In this document: positions 1 to 10,785 of the stretch, one piece after another
Layout: every line of letters starts with the position of its first letter
Numbering within the stretch: the first letter of the stretch is position 1
DNA from: Desulfobulbus propionicus DSM 2032
Lineage (GTDB): Bacteria > Desulfobacterota > Desulfobulbia > Desulfobulbales > Desulfobulbaceae
Length of the DNA stretch: 32,000 nt
NCBI RefSeq assembly: GCF_000186885.1
Contig: NC_014972.1
Location: 390,001-422,000 of the forward strand
Direction: 5' to 3'
Position numbers and translations under genes: made by a program
Notes under the pieces: model-generated
What the model was told of the DNA's origin: nothing
Databases searched by the model: none
What the model saw: the letters and a program-made list of their open reading frames with translations, nothing else

Positions 1-195
1 GGCCCCTGCTGGTGTCGTCTTGTTAAAAATATCGATAAAGCAAGTTGATGGGTGGTGCCGACATGAACCCGACATGGCCCGGTATCGGGGAACAGGTCAC
101 CCGATATCCACTGACAGCCACCGGAGGCCAATCTACAGTGCAGGCACAGGATCGGAGATTCGTCGCTGGCCGATCCTTGAGGAGTGTGAACAACG

Positions 196-399
196 ATGAA
201 CCGAAAAGAACGAGGTGGCCTGTTGGTCTGCCTGACCCTGCTGATCACCGCCCCGCCCCTGGACCACGAGCATTTCTGCACGGTGCTCTCCGTCCACCGG
301 GGCAAGGTGGTTCTGCAGTGCGACAAGCCCACCGGGATGCACCCCGATGAGCGGGTCAGACTGGGGCCGATCAGAAAGAAGGGACAGGAAGGTCGCTGA
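196..399 (+). CDS. possible small protein with hydrophobic N-terminus
   Basis: 67 aa ORF (MNRKERGGLLVCLTLLITAPPLDHEHF...) with GAGGAG upstream of ATG; no recognised family. Confidence 0.3.
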   Translation: MNRKERGGLLVCLTLLITAPPLDHEHFCTVLSVHRGKVVLQCDKPTGMHPDERVRLGPIRKKGQEGR

Positions 400-437
400 C
401 CGAGGCGACCGTGTCAACGAACGCAAAGGAGAAAAAA

Positions 438-770
438 ATGAACGGCAGGAAAATGCTTGTTGGCGGAATGCTGGTCCTGGCGCTGTTGGGACTGGAAGGA
501 CATGTGAATCAGGTCGAGGCCCGAAGTCGTGTCTATGTGGGCGCCGATCTGGGGGGGCTGGTGCTGGGCTTTGGCGGTTATCCCCGCTATGTGCACCACC
601 GGCCTCCTCCGTATGTCTACGGCTATGACCGGTATGTTCCAGTGGGGCCGCCCCCCTATCCGCCGCGCGGCTGGTATCGGTATAACCCGCCTCCGCCGGT
701 GTATTATCATGATCACCGGCGGCCGCATCATCGGCATCACCATGATCGAGGTTACCGTGGACGATGGTGA
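438..770 (+). CDS. small secreted Pro/Tyr/His-rich protein
   Basis: ATG at 438 preceded by AAGGAG; signal-peptide-like MNGRKMLVGGMLVLALLGLEGHVNQVEA followed by GGYPRYVHHRPPPYVYGYDRYVPVGPPPYPPRGWYRY and a His/Arg-rich tail. Confidence 0.65.
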   Translation: MNGRKMLVGGMLVLALLGLEGHVNQVEARSRVYVGADLGGLVLGFGGYPRYVHHRPPPYVYGYDRYVPVGPPPYPPRGWYRYNPPPPVYYHDHRRPHHRHHHDRGYRGRW

Positions 771-772
771 GG

Positions 773-794
773 AGCCGCCTCATGCGAGGCGGCT
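773..794. terminator. hairpin between the small secreted protein gene and convergent ackA
   Basis: AGCCGCCTC-ATGC-GAGGCGGCT perfect 9 bp stem, 4 nt loop, no T-run. Confidence 0.4.
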
Positions 795-908
795 TCGGGA
801 CAGGTCAGAGAGTTCCGGGGCCGAAAATCCAGGAACGGACGCTGCTGTGGAGAGCGCGTATTCCCCCGGCGTCCCGGACGCCGGGGGCCTGACAGCGTCG
901 ATCCGTGC

Positions 909-2117
<1,209 letters not shown>

Positions 2118-2144
2118 AATCTCGTGTCCGTTGGAGGAGTGGGC

Positions 2145-4262
2145 TTAACGGTTCTTGGCCACTTGCGCCTGAATGGCGGTCAGGGCCACGGTATCGACGA
2201 TGTCCTGGACGGTGCAGCCGCGCGACAGGTCGTTGACCGGCTTGTTGAGTCCCTGGAGAACAGGGCCCATGGCCACGGCGTTGGCGGCTCGCTGCACGGC
2301 CTTGTAGGTGTTGTTGCCGGTGTTGAGGTCCGGGAAGATGAACACCGTGGCCTGGCCGGCCACCTGTGAATTGGGCGACTTGAGCCGGCCAACCTCGGGA
2401 TCGAAGGCGGCATCGTACTGCAGGGGGCCTTCCAACGGATAGTCGAGGCCGCGCTCGGCCATCAGCTGCTTGGCGATGGCGGTGGCGTGGACCACCTTGT
2501 CCACATCCTCGCCGGAACCGGACGAACCGGTGGAGTAGCTCAGCAGGGCTACCCGCGGTTCGATGCCGTAGATTCGCGCGGTCTCCGCCGAGCTGATGGC
2601 TATTTCCGCCAATTGGCGGGCATCGGGGTTGGGGACCACGGCACAGTCGCCGAACGCCAGGATCTTGGATTGCAGACACATGATGAAGATCGAGGAGACC
2701 ACCGACACGCCGGGCTTGGTCTTGATGAACTCAAAGGCCGGGCGGATGGTCTGGGCGGTGGTGGTCACCGAGCCGGAGACCATGCCGTCGGCCAGGCCCT
2801 TGTGCACCATCATGGTGCCGAAGTAGGTGGGGTCGGACATCCGGTCCCGGGCCACGTCCATGACGATCCCGCGATGCTTGCGGATATCGAAATAGGTCTG
2901 GACGAACTCCTCGTAACAGCTTGAGCTGGTCGGGTCGAGGATTTGGGCGCCCTCGATGTTGAGATTGAGCTTGTTGGCCTTGGCCCGGATCTCGTCCTCC
3001 TTGCCGAGCAGGGTGATGTCGGCGATGCCGCGGCGGAGGATGATGTCGGTGGCGTTGAGGATCCGCTCGCCCGTGCCTTCGGGGAGGACGATGTGCTGCC
3101 GGTTGCTGGCCGCCTTTTCCACCAGGGAGTACTCGAACATGCGCGGGGTAATCTTGACCGAGCGCTGGGAGACCACTCGTTTGGTCAGTTCGGGTACGTT
3201 GACATACTTGCCGAACCAGCCGAGCGCGGTGGCGATACGCTTGTCGTCGGTGGGTTCGATGCGGCCGTAGAGTTCGTTGACGCTCTGCACCGTGTCGTAG
3301 GTGTGCGATTCGACGAACAGCACCGGCACCGGGATGCCGGTCCAACCCTGGATCAGGCGCTGGACGCTGGGGCTGACCTCGATGCCGCCGGTGATGAGGA
3401 TGCCGGAGATGTTGGGGTAGGCCGAGGAGATCCGGCTGGCGAGGCTTGCGATGATGATGTCCGAACGGTCGCCGGGAGTGATGATCAAGCTGCCTTCCTT
3501 GATGTACTCGAGGAAGTTGCTGATCTGCATGGCCGCGACCAGATAGTTGTTCACCAGATTGAGCATGCTCGGCTTGCCGTACAAAACCTCGGCCCCCAGC
3601 CAGCGCTTGACGTCGTCGATGGTCGGATTGCCCAGGGCCTTGTTTTCCGGGATCACGTAGAGGGGGTGGGGGCGGCCGAACTGCTCGCGGCACTTGGCGT
3701 TGCTGGCGGTATCACGGAGAAAGGTTTCCGGGGCGCGGTTGATGATGCAGGCGGCGATGTCGACTCCCATTTCTTCCAAGGTATCGATGGTGATCGCGGT
3801 ATGGGTGCAGATCTCCTCGGTGGACTTTTCGCGTCCCGAGGCGATGAGCAGCACCGGCGCGCCCAGGTTGGCGGCGATGTTGGCGTTAAGGTCGAGTTCA
3901 AAGCCCGGATCCTTGCCCTGGAAATCGGTGCCCTCGCAGAGCACGAAATCGTACCGGGCTTCGAGCTGTTTGTATTTCTTGAGGATGTTTTCGTAGAGAA
4001 TGCCCTCCTGGCCGGAGGAGATCAGCTGGCGCGCCTGGCTGAGCGTGTAGGCGTGGGTGTCGTTGTACTCGATGTCGAGCTTGAAGTATTTGAGGATCAG
4101 GTTGAGATCGTGGTCAACCCGGCCAAAGACGTGATCGTTGATGATCGGGCGAAAAAAGGCGATCCGGCTGATCTCCTTGAGGATCACCTGCATGACCCCG
4201 AGAATGATCGCCGATTTGCCGCTTCGTTCCTCTGCTGCCGTGACGTAAAGATTGTTTGCCAT
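2145..4262 (-). CDS. pta: phosphate acetyltransferase (N-terminal DRTGG-type domain plus PTA_PTB domain)
   Basis: ORF 2145..4346; preferred start MANNLYVTAAEERSGKSAII at 4262, preceded by GAGG; C-terminal VSVVSSIFIMCL...VVPNPDARQLAEIAISSA...ALLSYSTGSSGSG...GPLQYDAAF, FPDLNTGNNTYKAVQR. Confidence 0.95.
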   Translation of the reverse strand: MANNLYVTAAEERSGKSAIILGVMQVILKEISRIAFFRPIINDHVFGRVDHDLNLILKYFKLDIEYNDTHAYTLSQARQLISSGQEGILYENILKKYKQLEARYDFVLCEGTDFQGKDPGFELDLNANIAANLGAPVLLIASGREKSTEEICTHTAITIDTLEEMGVDIAACIINRAPETFLRDTASNAKCREQFGRPHPLYVIPENKALGNPTIDDVKRWLGAEVLYGKPSMLNLVNNYLVAAMQISNFLEYIKEGSLIITPGDRSDIIIASLASRISSAYPNISGILITGGIEVSPSVQRLIQGWTGIPVPVLFVESHTYDTVQSVNELYGRIEPTDDKRIATALGWFGKYVNVPELTKRVVSQRSVKITPRMFEYSLVEKAASNRQHIVLPEGTGERILNATDIILRRGIADITLLGKEDEIRAKANKLNLNIEGAQILDPTSSSCYEEFVQTYFDIRKHRGIVMDVARDRMSDPTYFGTMMVHKGLADGMVSGSVTTTAQTIRPAFEFIKTKPGVSVVSSIFIMCLQSKILAFGDCAVVPNPDARQLAEIAISSAETARIYGIEPRVALLSYSTGSSGSGEDVDKVVHATAIAKQLMAERGLDYPLEGPLQYDAAFDPEVGRLKSPNSQVAGQATVFIFPDLNTGNNTYKAVQRAANAVAMGPVLQGLNKPVNDLSRGCTVQDIVDTVALTAIQAQVAKNR

Positions 4263-4476
4263 GGAATGAAACCTCATATTCCCGCAGGACGCGGGAGGAG
4301 AGACGGAAAACGGACCGGCCCCGGCCGGAACAGGGAGCAGTTCCAACCGGGGGCCGGGGGATTGTGTCGTTGCTGTAAGTGTATAACTCTATCGGATTGT
4401 GAGCAAATCAAATCATGCGGATCGAACCGCCGATCCCGGCCGCCGCAGATCGCGGAGCCGGGATCGGCGCTCACCG

Positions 4477-6618
4477 TCATCCCTCCAGTTGGTCGGCGAT
4501 CAGCTCAACGGTGTGGCGCACCTGGACCGGGGCGCCATCCTGGTCCATGCCGCCGCGGATCTGCATGACGCAGCCGGGGCAGTCCATGGCCACCACCGGG
4601 GCGCCGGTATCCTTGATGTTTTTCAGTTTACGCTGCAGGATCGGCGCCGAGATCTCCGGCAGTTTGAGCGAGTAGGAGCCGCCCATGCCGCAGCAGATAT
4701 CGCACTCGAACATCTCGGCCAGCTCGTACCCGGCCTTCTGCAGCAGTTCGCGCGGCGGCTGGTCGGCGTGCAGGGTCCGCTTGAGGTGACAGGAGTCGTG
4801 ATAGGTGATCTTGCCCAGTTGCCTGCCTTCCTTGAGGGTCAAGCGCCCCTCGTCGACCAGTTTTTTCACCAGGGTCGAGAAGTCGATGGTCTTGGCGGCC
4901 AGTTCGCGCGCCTGGGGCAGCCATTTGCGCTGACCGAGGCTCTCGAAGGTGGCGATGAACTCATGATCCAGGGCCACGGTGCAGGTGGGGCAGGCGGAGA
5001 TCACATAATTCGCTTGCTCCGCCAGCAGGGCCTGGATGTTGTCGACCGCGTTGTTGGCCGCCACCTCGTAGGCGCCGTTGTACCGAGCCGGCGCGCCGCA
5101 ACAGGTCTGGCCGTCGGGGAACAGCACCTCGATGCCCGCCTTGTTGAGGATCTTCACCAAGGCCACGCCCATCTCCGGGTAGGCGAAATCGATCAGGCAG
5201 CCGGCGTAGAAGACCGCCTTCTCCTGCAAGCCTTTCGGTTGCTGGATGGTTTTGAAGACATCGCGGAAGGGCTTGGCGGCAATGGCCGGCAGGCTGCGGC
5301 CGTCGGTGAGATCGGCGAGAAACATCGGCAGGTGGCGGATGAACTTGGTGCCCTTGGCAAACGGCTTGGCGGCGACGGAGGCGGCGCGGAGCATCCCGTG
5401 GAACACTCTCCGGTTGTTGACCACCGCGTAGATCGACTTGTGCACCAGCGGCAGGCCCTGTTCCTTGACCAATCGCCGCCGGATCTCCATGATCAGGCCG
5501 GGGATGTCGATCTTGCCGGGGCAGACGTCCTTGCAGGCCCCGCACTGGATGCACAACCCCTGGATGTCTTCGGAGCTCTTCAGCTCATCGTGCCAGGCGG
5601 TGAGGATGGTGCCGATGCCGCCGGTGTAGACCTTGCCGAACACATGGCCGCCGACCAGGCGGAAGATCGGGCAGACGTTGAGGCAGGAGGCGCAGCGGAT
5701 GCACTGCATCGCCTCCTTGAACAGCGGATCGGCGGCCATCTCGGAGCGGTGGTTGTCCATGAGGATGATGTGCAGCTCTTTCATCGAGCCGTCGCTGTTG
5801 GGAGTCGGGCCGGAGATGATCGAGACGTAGCTGGTCAGCAGCTGGGCGGTGGCGCTGCGCGGCAGGGCCTTGAGGATCGGGCCGATGTCGCTGAACTTGG
5901 CCACCAGTTTCTCGATGCCGACCACGGCGATGTGGATCTTGGGCAGCGAGGTCACCATGCGGGCGTTGCCCTCGTTGGTCACTAGGGTGATGGAGCCGGT
6001 TTCGGCGACGGCGATGTTGCCGCCGGAGATGCCCATGTCGGCGCGGAGGAATTTGGGCCGCATTTCATTGCGCGCCACCTTGACCAGGCGGGGAATGTCG
6101 GAGCTGAGGCGCTCGTCGACCTCCTTGGAGAAAATGTCGGCCACCTCCTCCTTGGTCATGTGGATGGCGGGCATGACCATGTGCGAGGGGGTCTGGCCGG
6201 CCAGCTGGATGATCCACTCGCCGAGATCGGTTTCGTTGACCTCGATGCCCGCCTTCTCCAGGAAGGGGTTGAGGTGGATCTCCTCGGTGGCCATGGATTT
6301 GGATTTGACCACCGACTTGACGTTGTTGGCCTGGGCGACCTTGAGGATGTATTCACGGACCTTGGCCGGGTCGTTGGTGCGGAAGACCTTGGCGCCCTTG
6401 GCCTCGGCGTTTTTCTGGAACAGGTCGGAGAGTTCGTCGAGGTGCGAGGCGGCGTAAGACTTCAGGCCGGCGATGGTGGTGCGCAGGGCCTCGAAATCGA
6501 TGCCCTCATAGGCCTTGGCCCGGTTGACCTTGTAGGCCTCGGAAAACTTGCCGAGCGCGCCGGTGAGGTTGGCGTTGTGCAGGGCACGGTCGATGGATTG
6601 TTTGAATTCCTGCTGCAT
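4477..6618 (-). CDS. LUD-domain / 4Fe-4S / CCG-domain lactate dehydrogenase large subunit (LutB-LutA-like fusion)
   Basis: 713 aa; N-terminal LUD region (HMVMPAIHMTKEEVADIF, GISGGNIAVAETGSITLVTNEGNARM), ferredoxin motifs CIRCASCLNVCPIFR and CIQCGACKDVCPGKIDIP, C-terminal CCG-type motifs FYAGCLIDFAYPE...CCGAP, YHDSCHLKR...CCGMGGSY...CPGCVMQI. Confidence 0.9.
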   Translation of the reverse strand: MQQEFKQSIDRALHNANLTGALGKFSEAYKVNRAKAYEGIDFEALRTTIAGLKSYAASHLDELSDLFQKNAEAKGAKVFRTNDPAKVREYILKVAQANNVKSVVKSKSMATEEIHLNPFLEKAGIEVNETDLGEWIIQLAGQTPSHMVMPAIHMTKEEVADIFSKEVDERLSSDIPRLVKVARNEMRPKFLRADMGISGGNIAVAETGSITLVTNEGNARMVTSLPKIHIAVVGIEKLVAKFSDIGPILKALPRSATAQLLTSYVSIISGPTPNSDGSMKELHIILMDNHRSEMAADPLFKEAMQCIRCASCLNVCPIFRLVGGHVFGKVYTGGIGTILTAWHDELKSSEDIQGLCIQCGACKDVCPGKIDIPGLIMEIRRRLVKEQGLPLVHKSIYAVVNNRRVFHGMLRAASVAAKPFAKGTKFIRHLPMFLADLTDGRSLPAIAAKPFRDVFKTIQQPKGLQEKAVFYAGCLIDFAYPEMGVALVKILNKAGIEVLFPDGQTCCGAPARYNGAYEVAANNAVDNIQALLAEQANYVISACPTCTVALDHEFIATFESLGQRKWLPQARELAAKTIDFSTLVKKLVDEGRLTLKEGRQLGKITYHDSCHLKRTLHADQPPRELLQKAGYELAEMFECDICCGMGGSYSLKLPEISAPILQRKLKNIKDTGAPVVAMDCPGCVMQIRGGMDQDGAPVQVRHTVELIADQLEG

Positions 6619-7166
6619 CAGTTGGTCCCTCCCAGCTGGTCGATGAAAACGATGACGAGCCGCTCCGGCCCGTGAACGCCAATGGTCAGCACCCGCTCGA
6701 TGTCGGCGGTTCGGCTCGGGCCGGTGATCATGGCGATGTAGCCGGTGTTTTGCGGCTGCACCTCGGCCAGCCAGGCCGGCATGTCCGGGAGCAGGCCGGA
6801 AGTGGCGATCACGGCCACGTGGATGGTCGGCAGGGTCGATACCAGCCGTTTATCGATGGCGGTGGCATCCTGCACCAGGGTGCCGGTATCGGCGAGCGCC
6901 CAGTCGACTTGGCTGATGCCGACCTTGGCGTCGGCCGCCCGCTGGCGGGTGACCTCGAAATGCAACCCCGCGATCGCGTCCAGCTGTTGACGGTCGATGG
7001 CGTTCAAAAAGGGGCTGTCGGCCACCACTGCCCCCTGGCCGGGCTGGTCGGCCACGCCCTCGGCGCGGAGGAGGGTGACGAGAAAATCAAGCGCCTCCGC
7101 TGGGGTTGAAAAACGGTGCACCTCGGCACTGACGCCCTCGGCCCTGGTTCTGAATTGATCAAACAT
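6618..7166 (-). CDS. lutC: LUD-domain lactate utilization protein C-like
   Basis: ORF 6618..7295; preferred start MFDQFRTRAEG at 7166 (GGAGGAG upstream); ends ...IAMITGPSRTADIERVLTIGVHGPERLVIVFID, typical LutC/YkgG C-terminus; stop overlaps next gene start. Confidence 0.88.
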   Translation of the reverse strand: MFDQFRTRAEGVSAEVHRFSTPAEALDFLVTLLRAEGVADQPGQGAVVADSPFLNAIDRQQLDAIAGLHFEVTRQRAADAKVGISQVDWALADTGTLVQDATAIDKRLVSTLPTIHVAVIATSGLLPDMPAWLAEVQPQNTGYIAMITGPSRTADIERVLTIGVHGPERLVIVFIDQLGGTN

Positions 7167-7265
7167 CTGCTCCTCCCTCTTTCCCGGTCGTGGAACCGGT
7201 CCAGTCGTGACCGGCCATTCCGTCGGCCTTTCCGGAGCCGCACCAACAGCGCTGGTCATTTTTTC

Positions 7266-7282
7266 AAGTTGTAAAACCAAAT
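7266..7282. promoter_or_regulatory. degenerate GntR(LldR/PdhR-type) operator candidate upstream of lutC
   Basis: AAGTTGT-AAA-ACCAAAT, resembles AATTGGT-N3-ACCAATT. Confidence 0.3.
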
Positions 7283-7351
7283 TATGCCTAACCATATTGC
7301 ATACTATCGCCCTTTGTCAACATTGTTTTTCCGGAGGCGCTAAAAAATGTC

Positions 7352-7392
7352 TTGACAACTTTTTCAAAGTGGAATAACTGGTATTACCAATT
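7352..7392 (+). promoter_or_regulatory. lldP promoter region with GntR-family operator
   Basis: TTGACA at 7352-7357; AACTGGT-ATT-ACCAATT at 7376-7392 containing perfect TGGTATTACCA. Confidence 0.55.
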
Positions 7393-7491
7393 AACAAAGC
7401 CAAAAGATGACGCGCGCTCTTCCTGGACATCCGTAACCCGCCCCGGCCCTGGGGTTGTATGTTAATCCTCCACCACTTAGGAGAACCCGTT

Positions 7492-9441
7492 ATGCCCTGG
7501 ATACAAAACTACACCCCCATAGGGGAGAGTCTGGGAATGTCGGCCCTTGTCGCCAGCATTCCCCTGGTCGTCATCTTTGTGTGCCTCGCGGTACTGAAGA
7601 TGAAAGCGCACAAGGCTGCCTTGCTGGCGGTGGCTTCAGCCTTCGCCATCGCCGTCACCGTCTGGGGGATGCCGGCCAAGCTCGCTGGCCTGGCCTTTGG
7701 CCAAGGCGCCGCCTTTGGTCTGTTCCCCGTGTTCTACATCGTGCTCACCACCCTGTTTCTCTACAATATTACCGTTAAAGGCGGACAGTTCGAGATCATC
7801 CGCGCCTCGCTGGCCGGCTTGACTGCGGACCGCCGCATTCAGGCCCTGCTGATCGCCTTCTGCTTCGGTGCCTTTATCGAAGGCGCGGCCGGGTTCGGCA
7901 CGCCGGTGGCCATTGCCGGCGCCACCCTGGTGGGACTCGGTTTCCGTCCCCTCTACGCCGCCGGTGTCTGTCTGGTGGCCAACACCGCGCCGGTGGCCTT
8001 CGGTGCCATCGGTATTCCAGTGGTCGCCCTGTCCGCGGTCATGGGCTATGGCGACGACGGCATGATGAAGCTTTCCAAGATGGTTGGTCATCAGCTGCCG
8101 TTTATCTCGGTTTTTATCCCCTTCTATGTCATCGTCATGATGGCTGGGCTGAAGAAGGCGATGGAGGTCCTGCCGGCCATTCTGACCTGCGGCGTGACCT
8201 TTGCCATTGCGCAATGGCTGACCGCGAGCTATGTCGGTCCGTACCTGCCGGACATCACCGCCTCGCTGGCTGCCATGGCAGCGCTGGTTATCCTGCTCCG
8301 CGTCTGGCAGCCCAAGGAAAACTTCGTTTTCGCCCATGAGAAGGCCGCAACCAGGGAAGAGCACAACTATACCGGCGGGCAGATTCTGCGCGCGTGGACG
8401 CCTTACCTGTTTCTCACCCTGATGGTTCTCCTCTGGGGGCTGCCCTCGGTCAAGGCCGGCCTCGACAATATCGGCAAGGTGGTCATCACCGTGACCGGTC
8501 TGGACAACATGATCGTCAAGAAGGTCAACACCCCTGATGTGGGCCTGCAGAAGATCGCCGTGGTCAACGGTGAAATCGACAAGCTGACCGCCGCGCTGCC
8601 CGCCGGTGAGGCCAAGCTGGCACCGGTCGTGACCCTGCTTGGCGAGTTGAAAGCCCTGCAAGGCCCCTTGGCCGAAGTGGAGCAGCGGCTTGTCGGCAAA
8701 GGTGCGGTTCTGCCGGAAGAGCGTTTCAAGGCCTTTGAGCCGGTTTTCAAGAAATCGGAAGAGCTGAAGAAGTTGAGCGAGGGCTTGGTCAAGGACAAGG
8801 TGGTGGAAAAGGATCAGTTCAAGTCGCTGACCAAGGCGCTTGCCGACCAACTGCCCACCAAGATCGCCGCCAAGTATAACTTTAACTATCTGTCCGCGGC
8901 CGGTACCGCCATCCTGATCGCGGCCCTGCTGTCCGCCCTGATTTGCGGCGTCGGCTTTGGCGATGTGGCAAAAATCGCCGGCAAGACCATCGTCGACATG
9001 CGCTTCCCGGCGTTGACCGTGGCCTCGGTGCTTGGTCTGGCCTATGTGATGAATGCCTCGGGCATGACCAACTGCCTCGGTCTGGTCTTCACCAAGACCG
9101 GTCATTGGTTCCCGTTCATCGCCCCGATTCTCGGCTGGCTGGGCGTGTTCCTCACCGGTTCCGACACCTCGAGCAACGTGCTCTTCGGTGGTCTGCAGAA
9201 GGCCACGGCTGAACAGTTGGGGATCAGCCCGATTCTCACCGGTGCCGCCAATACCTCGGGTGGTGTCATGGGCAAGATGATTTCTCCCCAGTCCCTGGCC
9301 GTTGCCACCGCCGCGTGCGGCATGGTCGGCGAGGAAGGCAACCTGTTCCGTTTTACCCTGAAGCATTCGTTGTTCTTGACATTCATCGTCTGCGTCATGG
9401 TCTATCTCCAGGCCTACTACCTGCAATGGATGATTCCGTAA
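7492..9441 (+). CDS. lldP: L-lactate permease
   Basis: ORF 7459..9441; preferred start MPWIQNYTPIGESLGMSALVASIPL; multiple TM helices; EGAAGFGTPVAI, LPFISVFIPFYVI, TSSNVLFGGLQ, NTSGGVMGKMISPQSLAVA. Confidence 0.93.
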   Translation: MPWIQNYTPIGESLGMSALVASIPLVVIFVCLAVLKMKAHKAALLAVASAFAIAVTVWGMPAKLAGLAFGQGAAFGLFPVFYIVLTTLFLYNITVKGGQFEIIRASLAGLTADRRIQALLIAFCFGAFIEGAAGFGTPVAIAGATLVGLGFRPLYAAGVCLVANTAPVAFGAIGIPVVALSAVMGYGDDGMMKLSKMVGHQLPFISVFIPFYVIVMMAGLKKAMEVLPAILTCGVTFAIAQWLTASYVGPYLPDITASLAAMAALVILLRVWQPKENFVFAHEKAATREEHNYTGGQILRAWTPYLFLTLMVLLWGLPSVKAGLDNIGKVVITVTGLDNMIVKKVNTPDVGLQKIAVVNGEIDKLTAALPAGEAKLAPVVTLLGELKALQGPLAEVEQRLVGKGAVLPEERFKAFEPVFKKSEELKKLSEGLVKDKVVEKDQFKSLTKALADQLPTKIAAKYNFNYLSAAGTAILIAALLSALICGVGFGDVAKIAGKTIVDMRFPALTVASVLGLAYVMNASGMTNCLGLVFTKTGHWFPFIAPILGWLGVFLTGSDTSSNVLFGGLQKATAEQLGISPILTGAANTSGGVMGKMISPQSLAVATAACGMVGEEGNLFRFTLKHSLFLTFIVCVMVYLQAYYLQWMIP

Positions 9442-9468
9442 CCTGATCTCCTTGTCTCTCTTCCTCAG

Positions 9469-9505
9469 GAATTGTCCGGTTCACTTCCCCCTGGCCGGAC
9501 AATTC
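9469..9505. terminator. inverted repeat after lldP
   Basis: GAATTGTCCGG ... CCGGACAATTC, perfect 11 bp arms, 15 nt loop. Confidence 0.45.
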
Positions 9506-9534
9506 GCCCCCACTGACGAAGAGGACGCACGTCC

Positions 9535-9566
9535 CTCCGGGTGGCCTTTCATCGGGCCACCCGGAG
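9535..9566. terminator. second inverted repeat after lldP
   Basis: CTCCGGGTGGCC-TTTCATCG-GGCCACCCGGAG, perfect 12 bp arms. Confidence 0.45.
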
Positions 9567-9578
9567 ACCTTCTCGATC

Positions 9579-9608
9579 AAAGGGGGGATGCCAAGGCATC
9601 TCCCCTTT
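9579..9608. terminator. third hairpin after lldP
   Basis: AAAGGGGGGATGCC-AA-GGCATCTCCCCTTT, 14 bp arms with one G-T wobble. Confidence 0.5.
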
Positions 9609-9749
9609 CTGTTGTGAGGGCCGAGCCATTCGAGAACCTTGTCCGTTTCATCCGTTTCAGCTGTTCGCTCCCGCGCCCGTCGTGTCGATGCAGATGACAA
9701 TTCCTTGCATTTCACCAGGTGGTGGAGTAGAAAAGGCCCGATTCCCTGA

Positions 9750-10493
9750 GTGATGTTAACCGTGTGGACGACTATGCGATTCAAACCGATCAAGCCAAAG
9801 AAGGTTTCCACCCAGATAGCAGACCAGATTCGCGACTCGATTCTTGCCGGTGATTTCGCTCCCGGCGACAAGCTGCCGCCAGAACGGGAGTTGGCCGAGA
9901 TGTTCGGCGTTTCCCGCCCTTCGGTGCGCGAGGCGCTCAATATCCTCGCCGCGGCCGGATTGGTGATGTCCTATCAGGGGGGCGGCACCGTGGTGTTATC
10001 TCTGGTCGACGCCGGGCAGGGCGGCTCGCTGAGCGAGTTGATCCGCAGCCAGCAGGAACGCGCCCTGGAGGTGATCGAAGTGCGCAAGTGCATGGAATCC
10101 TGGACTGCCTACTATGCGGCCCAGCGAGCACTGCCTGACGATCTGCGCCGCATGGAGGAGATTTTGGCCGGCATGGAAAAGAATCTGACCGATCAGCTGC
10201 CGTCCGAGGATCTGGATGCCAATCTGCATATCGTCATCGCCCGCGCCACCCACAACATTGTCTGGTTGCACCTGATGCAGTCCATTTTCGACGCCATGAA
10301 GGAGTTTCAGCGCGGCGTGTGGCGGGCGGTGTATCTGACCCTGGAAGACCACAAACTGCTCTATCAACACCATTCCGCCCTGGTGGCGGCCATTCGTTCC
10401 CGGGATGCGGACCGGGCGCGTGAGATGATGATGCATCACCTCACCTTCGCGGAAAAACGCAGCGCCGCCTACGTCTCCAGCCAACCCAACTGA
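9750..10493 (+). CDS. FadR/GntR-family transcriptional regulator (LldR/PdhR-like)
   Basis: KKVSTQIADQIRDSILAGDFAPGDKLPPERELAEMFGVSRPSVREALNILAAAGLV winged HTH; FCD-type C-terminus with MMMHHL; start could be the internal ATG at 9774. Confidence 0.92.
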   Translation: MMLTVWTTMRFKPIKPKKVSTQIADQIRDSILAGDFAPGDKLPPERELAEMFGVSRPSVREALNILAAAGLVMSYQGGGTVVLSLVDAGQGGSLSELIRSQQERALEVIEVRKCMESWTAYYAAQRALPDDLRRMEEILAGMEKNLTDQLPSEDLDANLHIVIARATHNIVWLHLMQSIFDAMKEFQRGVWRAVYLTLEDHKLLYQHHSALVAAIRSRDADRAREMMMHHLTFAEKRSAAYVSSQPN

Positions 10494-10499
10494 CCTGCC

Positions 10500-10525
10500 C
10501 CCCTGTCCGCCTCTTTCGACAGGGG
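10500..10525 (+). terminator. terminator-like hairpin downstream of the GntR regulator
   Basis: CCCCTGTC...GACAGGGG followed by a weak T-rich stretch. Confidence 0.4.
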
Positions 10526-10653
10526 TGGATTCCTTTTCTCGATCCCCTCCCGTTTCCCTCGCCGCCCTTCGTTTTGCGGTGATTTTTTGTTCTGCTTCCC
10601 GAGAGTTGTCCGCAAATACGGCGGGTTCTGGCGACGGCCGCGCGTGATTTTAT

Positions 10654-10694
10654 TTGACAGATCATTTTTCAAGTGATAATTGGTAAGACAACAA
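10654..10694 (+). promoter_or_regulatory. promoter region of glcD-like gene with candidate regulator half-site
   Basis: TTGACA (10654-10659), GATAAT (10675-10680), AATTGGT half-site at 10678-10684; arrangement resembles the lldP promoter. Confidence 0.45.
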
Positions 10695-10785
10695 TACCGC
10701 CGTCGAATAAGCAGGCAGGTACGGGAAGTTGCGGCGGAGAGAGTGAATCCGGCATGTGCGTTCAGCGCAAAGGAGAACAGTCGAT

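Noticed and set aside
2943-4568. 541 aa plus-strand ORF
   Set aside because: Antisense to pta in a GC-rich region; low-complexity V/D/H/G composition typical of a shadow ORF, no motifs.
4399-5985. 528 aa plus-strand ORF
   Set aside because: Shadow of the LUD/Fe-S lactate dehydrogenase gene, whose motifs are unambiguous on the minus strand.
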